Shown one piece after another: positions 57,801 through 64,000 of a stretch of 64,000 nucleotides of DNA. This stretch comes from Euryarchaeota archaeon UBA487 (GTDB lineage: Archaea; Thermoplasmatota; Poseidoniia; Poseidoniales; Thalassarchaeaceae). Positions within the stretch are counted from its first letter, which is position 1, and every line of letters begins with the position of its first letter. The stretch lies in NCBI GenBank assembly GCA_002505695.1, contig DAVU01000014.1, positions 9,432 to 73,431 on the forward strand, given 5' to 3'. The notes beneath the pieces are model-generated. The model did no database searches, was not told the DNA's origin, and was given only the letters and a program-made list of their open reading frames with translations. The translations under genes and the position numbers were made by a program.

Positions 57801-57956
57801 AGAGTTGCTGGAAATGGACTCCATACGAATCCCATTCGAAGGGAACTCGGTTTCCGTTTGTGATTCTGATTCAACCAACAGAGAATGTGTTGAAAATAAT
57901 ACCATCAATGTCGCAAGAAGTATGCCTGTCCACGGACCCTTCGCCATGTTGGGCAT
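54822..57956 (-). CDS. Secreted surface protein: 7-blade RCC1-like propeller + Asp-rich Ca-binding-like linker + Cys-rich 34-aa repeats + PGF-CTERM anchor
   Basis: Signal peptide; seven (H/F)xC..CWG blades; DDLDSDNDG; 13 full CxxGxYQPxxGxxxCxxxxxGxY repeats; ends LPGFGFYAAIVALLTAAIGIRSKQES. Confidence 0.9.
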   Translation of the reverse strand: MPNMAKGPWTGILLATLMVLFSTHSLLVESESQTETEFPSNGIRMESISSNSPGQVLGHIDTHDTLSIGRQFACAVTENSSVVCWGRTDFGQTGIGISGSQVYHNMTYVDALNGMGIVEVSAHLDHACGLTSQGVVYCWGSNQNGQIGNGQIGGNVLVPTQVLLPQGVVAKSLSQGPSSHTCIISTDGDLYCWGYNNRGQVGNGQICFDWAGSVVSYTNPCFNGQFGILTPELISMPSGVAVTSVSVGGEHTCATGTDGGLYCWGSDMNCRVTGGDTVPADPITEAPGCGYWWLADTPRKLAMSNPEVTIQDVANLSFVQAVNGWVFSCAMTNTGAGICWGANTESQQGIGNNSNEPYAVVPTMIQGPPGESMTSMSATTAQACALYDQTGAHCWGDNWAGNTGDYNGSNDVICNYQNGAGGGGNINCQDRSTPHQVHTGGNYTAVVMGAANACGLDSSNDIHCWGAYAWNNINQTQHQVFWGTRVPELMQIPGTAKIALDDLDSDNDGINAPFDLWAEGCPSGWYQDAPNSCQESPPGHYAEEGMPWNLVMCESGTYQPNGGQASCIDSIPGYHVPSEGALSQTICPAGSYQPNAGSQACLLADPGHMVETPGKTFQSACTIGRYSSTSGATACLRASPGYYVDTASATGQTPCPPGRYSSNEGSVSCSSTSPGQYTSVNASTHPETCEPGSYQPDSASTSCILAPAGFYVSSAGSTSFQPCLSGKYQPLEGSTECEVTLPGYYTSGAGSVDAIACEPGSYQPNSGADMCLTAIPGTYVSNEAAIEYATCTTGTFQPNAGSSECLVVDTGHYAIGEGAQNQIPCPVTTYQPLTGQTSCNDVEAGHYTSSSGSSNQIPCEPGTYQPMAKSTSCRDSPAGHFVPDSASTEFLACVVGTYQPISASTSCLQADEGYFVDSSSQLSQTACQKGTYQPNLGSSECLLADPGYFVDTTTATEQMPCPAGTYQSREGQSSCTFTSTDFFSSEPGSVDQTPCPSGQHQPLTSQTECVDKPDDGGLLPGFGFYAAIVALLTAAIGIRSKQES
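54930..56300 (-). repeat. Coding tandem array of 13 full 102-nt (34-aa) Cys-rich repeats plus a partial terminal unit
   Basis: Units from CESGTYQPNGGQASC.. to CPAGTYQSREGQSSC.., each 34 aa with Cys at positions 1 and 15; one further degenerate unit upstream (CPSGWYQ). Confidence 0.92.
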
Positions 57957-58017
57957 AGCGACCGGGGGAAAATAGAACTTTTCACTGAATCCACAACATC
58001 ATTGCCCTCTGGACCAA

Positions 58018-59613
58018 TCAAGCCAAGGACTCGTAATTCACTTCGGCTTCCTCGATGTGGATTTCATCGACGTCCATCTGGGCGAGCTGGAGCTTCCCCG
58101 ATAGCTCATCGTTCACCGCATGCCAGTAGGAGTAGGATTCGATTACCCAGATCCCAGACTCACGCGTGCCGTTGCCTGACCCCTTGACACCGCCGAACGG
58201 TAGATGCGCCTCTGCTCCTGTTGTGGAGTTGTTTATTCCCGTCATCCCTGCTTTTATGCCCGTTTTGAATCTGTAGGCCTCCAGCCTGTCGTTCGTGTAG
58301 ATAGCACTGGACAACCCGTATGGCGAGGCATTCGCCAAATGTAGGGCATGATCGAAATCTCTGGCTTTGACAATGGTGACGGCAGGGCCGAAAATCTCCT
58401 CATGGAAGCATTCCATGTCTTCAGTCACGCCCGTGTAGACGTGAGGCCACATGTAAACACCTTCTTCGGCATTCGCTGCGAAGCCGACTGGGGCCGAGTC
58501 TTTGGTGATTCGACCCTCCCCGAAGATGAGATCAGCCCCGCTGGCCTTGCACATCTCAAGGCTTTGAAGGAACTCCTCGGCGTATTTCGATGAGAGCATG
58601 GGGCCGTAGAGAACGTCACTGTCCCTCATTGAATCACCGATCTTGGTTTCCCTAACTTTCTCCATGAACAGTCCCATAAAATCGTCGTAGATCTTCTCAT
58701 GGATGATCAGGTTACCTAGGCTAGTGCATCTTTGACCAGCTGTTCCGAATCCAGCCCAGTAGGCACCCTCGACCGCATTTTCAAGGTTCGCTGATGGCAT
58801 GACTACCAAGGGATTTTTTCCACCAAGTTCCAGTGAGCAGGAGACTAGATTTCGTCCGCAGATCTCCCCAATCATCTTCCCAACCGCTGTTGACCCCGTG
58901 AAGGATATTTTGTTCACGAGGCCCTCGTCAACTGCATCCACGAGGTATTGGCCTGCCCCGCTTCCTTTACCGTGAACGAGATTTATCACGCCGTCGGGAA
59001 GCCCAGCCTCGTGCATGATTCTGGCTAGCGCGAAAGACAGGAGTGGGGAATCCTGTGGAGATTTCCAAACGCAGGTGTTTCCGCACATGATTGCGGGAAT
59101 CATCTTCCAGAATGGGACCGCTGATGGGAAGTTGCAAGAGTTGATGATGCCGCAAACTCCCAGCGGCCTTCTGTAGGTGAACAACTCTTTGTCAGGGAGT
59201 TCACTGTTGACCGTCTGGCCGTAGAGCCTCCTCCCCTCGGACTGGAAAAAAAGACAGGTGTCTATGGCTTCTTGAATTTCACCGGCACTCTCTTTCAGGG
59301 TCTTTCCTATTTCCCTTGTTTCCAGCCTTACCAAAGCATCCTTCCTGTCCATCAGCAACCGACCCATGTTTCCGATGATCTGTCCCCTTGTTGGGGCTGG
59401 CGTTCCCGCCCATGAGGGGAATGCTGATCTTGCAGCTTTCAACGCACTGTGAACATCCGCCTTGGTCGACAGGGGGAATTCACCCAAGGTGTCTGACAAC
59501 AACGCAGGGTTGCTGGAAGTGAATGTGGCACCGTCTGAGGAAACTTCCAACTTTCCATCGATTATGTTGTATCCACGAATCATCGGCGAGCCGTTTGGGT
59601 TGTCGTTTTGCAT
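58018..59613 (-). CDS. NAD(P)-dependent aldehyde dehydrogenase
   Basis: FTGSTAVG, LELGGKN, GQRCT (catalytic Cys), EEIFGP, PFGGVKGSG. Start uncertain (59613 preferred). Confidence 0.95.
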   Translation of the reverse strand: MQNDNPNGSPMIRGYNIIDGKLEVSSDGATFTSSNPALLSDTLGEFPLSTKADVHSALKAARSAFPSWAGTPAPTRGQIIGNMGRLLMDRKDALVRLETREIGKTLKESAGEIQEAIDTCLFFQSEGRRLYGQTVNSELPDKELFTYRRPLGVCGIINSCNFPSAVPFWKMIPAIMCGNTCVWKSPQDSPLLSFALARIMHEAGLPDGVINLVHGKGSGAGQYLVDAVDEGLVNKISFTGSTAVGKMIGEICGRNLVSCSLELGGKNPLVVMPSANLENAVEGAYWAGFGTAGQRCTSLGNLIIHEKIYDDFMGLFMEKVRETKIGDSMRDSDVLYGPMLSSKYAEEFLQSLEMCKASGADLIFGEGRITKDSAPVGFAANAEEGVYMWPHVYTGVTEDMECFHEEIFGPAVTIVKARDFDHALHLANASPYGLSSAIYTNDRLEAYRFKTGIKAGMTGINNSTTGAEAHLPFGGVKGSGNGTRESGIWVIESYSYWHAVNDELSGKLQLAQMDVDEIHIEEAEVNYESLA

Positions 59614-59785
59614 GTGTTCAAAATCTGCTGCTAGGACGTGTGTCATGACCCTCGCAGCGATACCCTTCAAATGAATGCTGCTAAGACCGTTTGGCGTAGA
59701 TTACAACAAATTATGAGTCAATATCGAACTTAGTATATGGGGGTTTAAGGGGGGCGGAGTCCATGGGTCACAATGAGGAACGAGC

Positions 59786-62008
59786 ATGTCAGCCGGAGAG
59801 GGAGAACTCACGCTTAGGGTTGCCAAGGCCATACCGAGTGACGTCGGGCATGGGAGAGCTAGGGTACCGTTCGATAACGATCTCAACCTCAAGCCGGGCG
59901 ACGTCATAGAGATTAACGGAGAGAAGTCAACGGCCGCGATCGTATGGCGTTGTAGGCCCGAGGACGCCAATTTAGGAGTCATTCGGATCGATGGTATCAT
60001 ACGAAAAAATGCATCAGTATCCCTTGGAGACAGAGTGAGCATCCGAAAGGTCGAGGTCACCGAATGTGAGAAACTGGTTCTCTCACCGGTAATGGCGAAA
60101 CAACAGAAAGTCAGGTTTGGACCGGGGATCGAGGGTTTCGCAAGAAGGGGACTGAACAAGAGACCCGTCGTGTCAGGGGACAGGATCTTCATCCCAGGAA
60201 TGACCTTGTTTGCAGAAGCCCTGCCCTTCCAGATCGTGAGTACCAAGCCCAAGGGGATTGTACAGGTCCTACCTTCGACGGAGATCGTCATCAAAGAAGA
60301 TCCCGTTGACGAGGAAGATGAGAGCATCATACAATCGATATCGTATGAGGACATAGGCGGGCTTGGGGACCAACTCCAGAAAGTCCGGGAGATGATTGAG
60401 CTACCCCTGAAACACCCAATCCTCTTCCGCAGGCTTGGCATCGATCCACCCAGGGGTGTTCTCCTTCACGGGCCCCCAGGGACAGGAAAAACTCTCATCG
60501 CGAAGGCAGTTGCCGCTGAGACTCAGGCCCACTTCACGTCAATAAACGGGCCAGAGATAATTTCGAAGTACTATGGAGAAAGCGAGAAGCAACTACGCGA
60601 GATTTTCGACGAGGCAACCTCCAACGCCCCGGCTATCATCTTCATCGATGAGCTTGACTCAATTGCACCAAAGAGGGAGGACGTCAGTGGCGAGGTCGAA
60701 AGACGAGTTGTCGCCCAACTCCTCACCCTGCTGGATGGAATGCAGGGCCGGGATAATGTCGTGGTGATCGGGGCTACGAACAGGAGAGATGCCATAGACC
60801 CCGCTCTCAGAAGGCCTGGACGATTTGACAGGGAACTTGAGATCGGCGTCCCAGATAAGAACGGACGTTCCGAAATCATTGACATCCACACACGCGGCAT
60901 GCCGATCAGCGATGATTTCGAAATGGAATGGTTGCTGGAGAACTCCTATGGTTTCGTGGGGGCGGACATTTCTGCACTTGTCAGGGAATCCGCGATGAAG
61001 GCACTTCGTAGGTATCTCCCTGAGATCGATCTGGATCAAGATGAGATACCTGCCGAGGTATTAGAGAAAATGGAAGTAAAGATGGCGGACTTCCGAGAAG
61101 CGATTAAGGAAATTGAGCCAAGCGCACTCAGGGAGATTTACGTCGAAGTCCCAACGGCATCATGGGACGATGTGGGCGGTTTGAGCGAAATCAAGGAGCG
61201 CCTGAAAGAGAGCATTGAGTGGCCTTTGAACCAACCGGAAACTTTCGAACACTTCGGGATCAAACCCCCTCGTGGAATCGTACTCTTTGGGGCCCCCGGC
61301 ACAGGTAAGACCTTGATCGCAAAGGCAATTGCGAATGAAGCAAAAGCCAACTTCATCTCGATCAAAGGCCCAGAGATGATCTCGAAATGGGTCGGAGAGT
61401 CTGAGAGAGCGGTCAGAGAGGTTTTCAAGAAAGCAAAGCAGGCCGCCCCTTCCATTATTTTCCTTGACGAGTTTGAGTCAATAGCGGGGGTTCGTAGGTC
61501 AATGACAGGCGAGGGATCGGACGTCATGAACAGGGTTGTCAACCAAATCCTATCAAGCATGGATGGGGTGGAGTCCATGGAGGGCGTAATTGTCGTCGCA
61601 GCGACAAACAGACCTGAAATGATTGATCCAGCACTCCTTAGGAGTGGGAGATTCGAGAGAGTCCTGCACGTCCCTCCCCCGGACAGACAGTCGAGGTTGG
61701 AGATCCTCAAAATACACTCCTCCGAGATGCCATTAGGCCGGTTCAAGCTCGATGACATCGCTGACGACCTCGAGAACTACACTGGTGCTGACATAGAAGC
61801 AATATGCAGAGAGGCAGCCCTGATAGCGATGAGGGCGGGCAAGAAGACAGTGTCAAAGAGCCATTTCGAAGAAGCGGTCAACAGGGTGAGGCCAACGGTC
61901 AACAAGGACATGCTAGAGTACTACTCCAAGATGGAGGAGACACTTGTCAGTGGCCTTGAGTCTGTCAAGAGGAGCACCAACTCTCTTCAGGGCATTGAGT
62001 CAGTGTGA
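59786..62008 (+). CDS. cdc48: CDC48/VAT (p97-like) double AAA+ ATPase
   Basis: N-domain ([17 protein letters not shown]); D1 [24 protein letters not shown]; D2 [22 protein letters not shown]. Confidence 0.97.
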   Translation: MSAGEGELTLRVAKAIPSDVGHGRARVPFDNDLNLKPGDVIEINGEKSTAAIVWRCRPEDANLGVIRIDGIIRKNASVSLGDRVSIRKVEVTECEKLVLSPVMAKQQKVRFGPGIEGFARRGLNKRPVVSGDRIFIPGMTLFAEALPFQIVSTKPKGIVQVLPSTEIVIKEDPVDEEDESIIQSISYEDIGGLGDQLQKVREMIELPLKHPILFRRLGIDPPRGVLLHGPPGTGKTLIAKAVAAETQAHFTSINGPEIISKYYGESEKQLREIFDEATSNAPAIIFIDELDSIAPKREDVSGEVERRVVAQLLTLLDGMQGRDNVVVIGATNRRDAIDPALRRPGRFDRELEIGVPDKNGRSEIIDIHTRGMPISDDFEMEWLLENSYGFVGADISALVRESAMKALRRYLPEIDLDQDEIPAEVLEKMEVKMADFREAIKEIEPSALREIYVEVPTASWDDVGGLSEIKERLKESIEWPLNQPETFEHFGIKPPRGIVLFGAPGTGKTLIAKAIANEAKANFISIKGPEMISKWVGESERAVREVFKKAKQAAPSIIFLDEFESIAGVRRSMTGEGSDVMNRVVNQILSSMDGVESMEGVIVVAATNRPEMIDPALLRSGRFERVLHVPPPDRQSRLEILKIHSSEMPLGRFKLDDIADDLENYTGADIEAICREAALIAMRAGKKTVSKSHFEEAVNRVRPTVNKDMLEYYSKMEETLVSGLESVKRSTNSLQGIESV

Positions 62009-62253
62009 TCACTATGCCATCGGGTTTTGGTCGTGAAATTCTGAATCGTCCGATACTCGATGGAGCAGGTGACACTCTTGGGCATGTATCCGATCTTGTA
62101 CTGGATACGAGGACTGGTGATGTGGTGACCCTGCTAGTTATGATCAGCGAGGAACTCGACCCAGCTCTGCTCCCTTGGCCAACTGTGGATGGGCTGTTGG
62201 AGGTCCCCACCAACGAAGTTGCCGAAGTCTCAAATGCCATACGGTTGAGATAG
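62005..62253 (+). CDS. PRC-barrel domain protein
   Basis: [30 protein letters not shown]; GTGA overlap with the cdc48 stop. Confidence 0.85.
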   Translation: MITMPSGFGREILNRPILDGAGDTLGHVSDLVLDTRTGDVVTLLVMISEELDPALLPWPTVDGLLEVPTNEVAEVSNAIRLR

Positions 62254-62327
62254 TTGGATCTCACAAAGTCGGACAACCGTCTTATAGCGTTGGATTCGGT
62301 TGCTGCATGCTGCTGGGCGGTGGACTG

Positions 62328-63977
62328 ATGATGAATGGGCCGAGACGATCCTCCAAGATCTTCAATCGGACGAACAGACAAAGGCTCCTGCAATTCTCTT
62401 TTTGGTCTGTTTTGACACTCCTAATCGCGTTCATCGCATCAACCTACATCGTTGATGGAAAGACACAACAATCTGCATATGGGGACGATTGGGATGATCT
62501 TGGCGATTTCAGATCTGAAATTAACTCAATGGGGGTCGATACCACAGCCATGGTTTCAAGCCCACTCCTTCTCTCTGAAATCGACAACCCCGAGGAAACT
62601 GTGTTTGTTGTGTCCGGGGTGGAACGTGACACAATATCCCTACCTCGATTCACAGATGACGAATCCATAGTGGAACTGTCTGACTCCGACGGCTACACTG
62701 GCTCGGAGATCGAGGCAATCGTGGAGTACGTGCAAGCAGGTGGAACACTCCTCTTAATGGATGATTTCGGGTACTCGTCTGCACTGGCCCAAGAATACAA
62801 TATCGTCTTCTCGAATCATCAATTGTATGACGGAGAGGCATGGGCTAGGGAGCTAGATTACAACTACGTGTGGACAAATGTCACCAATGCTTACAATCTG
62901 ACTCAGACCTCTGGATCGACCTCAGTTTACCACCCATGTTTAGCAGACAGGGACGCGGATCTAATTCTAGACTTAATCGACCCTGACCCAGATTCGCAGA
63001 ATGTGGGATTCACCCCAACCGATGACTCATTCGGGATGTGCGGGCACCGTTGGGACTCCGAACAAAAAACATATGATTTCTCTGAGAGTTATGATCTCCT
63101 AACGAGCAAACCATCTGCATTCGACAAAGAGTCCTCGTTCTCCCCTGCGGAGAATCGCTATCCGATAATCACCTCTACGCTGGACTCCTACCTAGACTCA
63201 AATGATGACGGAGATTTGACTCCGGCTTTTGAGGCGGCAGGGATACAAGGGGACGAACAGGGACCATTCGCAGTTTATGCCAGGATCTGCTCTTCCAGAC
63301 TGTGCGCTGAACCTTCCTCGGGACAGGTCCACATCGCCTCGGACGGCTCACTCCTCATCAACGCAATCTACTCATCATCGAACATCGATGGATCTAATGT
63401 CCCGGATAATGATAACAGGATATGGGCATTGGACATAATCGCTGACGCCCTATTGATTGGGAATGACTCATTAAAACCGAGTGAGAATGCCGTGGTGATC
63501 TTCGATGAGAGTCGGCATCAACAAACAAACCCACTTTCCGACACATACAACCTAGCATACTACTTCTTGGTGTATTTCACAAATGATTGGATGGCGATGC
63601 TCATACTGTTCCTTGCGCTCTTCATGATGTTGGAGGTGGTGCTAATTCGCAAAGAGGACCCCGAGGATTGGCGACATGTCTTCAGGATAATTTACTATGG
63701 TTTTGGTGATGCAAAGAGGTATGAGTTTTACCAGCACCCAGACAAAATAAGACAGGTATTCCTGTCAAAGATAAGGAGTACAAACACGATGACAAGGGAG
63801 GAGTTCGACTCGTTGTCATCAGAGGAGCTCCAGACCATAGTGGACGACCAGGTGCTACTTCGATTTATTTATGACAATCGCAAGTACAAAACCCAAGAAC
63901 TGGTTGCTATCGTGAAGAGGATGCGAGAATGGGGCCCGGACGACAATGAGCCCGACGATGATCTGATGGACATGTGA
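62328..63977 (+). CDS. Membrane-anchored DUF4350-like protein
   Basis: N-terminal TM, DDWDDLGDFR, EIEAIVEYVQAGGTLLLMDDFG, VVIFDESRH, second TM. ATG 62328 preferred. Confidence 0.75.
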   Translation: MMNGPRRSSKIFNRTNRQRLLQFSFWSVLTLLIAFIASTYIVDGKTQQSAYGDDWDDLGDFRSEINSMGVDTTAMVSSPLLLSEIDNPEETVFVVSGVERDTISLPRFTDDESIVELSDSDGYTGSEIEAIVEYVQAGGTLLLMDDFGYSSALAQEYNIVFSNHQLYDGEAWARELDYNYVWTNVTNAYNLTQTSGSTSVYHPCLADRDADLILDLIDPDPDSQNVGFTPTDDSFGMCGHRWDSEQKTYDFSESYDLLTSKPSAFDKESSFSPAENRYPIITSTLDSYLDSNDDGDLTPAFEAAGIQGDEQGPFAVYARICSSRLCAEPSSGQVHIASDGSLLINAIYSSSNIDGSNVPDNDNRIWALDIIADALLIGNDSLKPSENAVVIFDESRHQQTNPLSDTYNLAYYFLVYFTNDWMAMLILFLALFMMLEVVLIRKEDPEDWRHVFRIIYYGFGDAKRYEFYQHPDKIRQVFLSKIRSTNTMTREEFDSLSSEELQTIVDDQVLLRFIYDNRKYKTQELVAIVKRMREWGPDDNEPDDDLMDM

Positions 63978-64000
63978 TAGCGATGTGGACAAGAAAGGCA

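Noticed and set aside
54738-58010. tRNA-Gly 3' end as integration site of a genomic island carrying the RCC1/Cys-repeat gene
   Set aside because: The gene ends 9 nt from the CCA and looks G+C-richer by eye, but I found no duplicated tRNA 3' end (att site) and no integrase in the window. Needs a GC/codon computation and comparative genomics.
59701-60441. 246-aa antisense ORF over cdc48, and the many other 60-200 aa antisense or alternative-frame ORFs in the track
   Set aside because: Fully nested in well-supported genes with no recognisable motifs; typical shadow ORFs.

Overview
A gene-dense, largely core-genome window from an archaeon. The evidence is aIF-1A/RIO1/KH synteny, Hjc, MC1, CDC48, presenilin, a PGF-CTERM signal and a tRNA-Gly with A73. 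The mix of these archaeal genes with a photolyase, bacterial-like catabolic genes and giant membrane-anchored surface proteins points to Marine Group II (Poseidoniia, Thermoplasmatota); this placement is inferred, not database-checked. Contents in order: a surface-protein block (membrane-anchored S8 protease with a cytoplasmic Cys/His zinc domain, plus an Ig-like repeat protein); an 11-subunit complex I-like nuoABCDHIJJKLMN operon without nuoEFG; the aIF-1A-(membrane protein)-rio1-KH cluster; photolyase, DUF63-like protein and M29 aminopeptidase; a biotin-dependent acyl-CoA carboxylase cluster with an embedded PqqB-like hydrolase; an orphan Vsr; a Na+/solute symporter with a large extension; serS, presenilin, folC, dCMP deaminase, a P-loop kinase and Lhr; signal peptidase and S2P protease; hjc, macrodomain, Lrp-type ligand domain and MC1; a three-gene Sdh with an actinobacterial Sdh1-like anchor; an unannotated 35-aa CPxCG zinc finger; tRNA-Gly(CCC); a 1044-aa RCC1-propeller/Cys-repeat/PGF-CTERM surface protein; ALDH; and cdc48-PRC barrel-DUF4350-like genes. 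I saw no CRISPR array, rRNA, integrase or transposase. All family calls come from motif recognition by eye; no searches were run.
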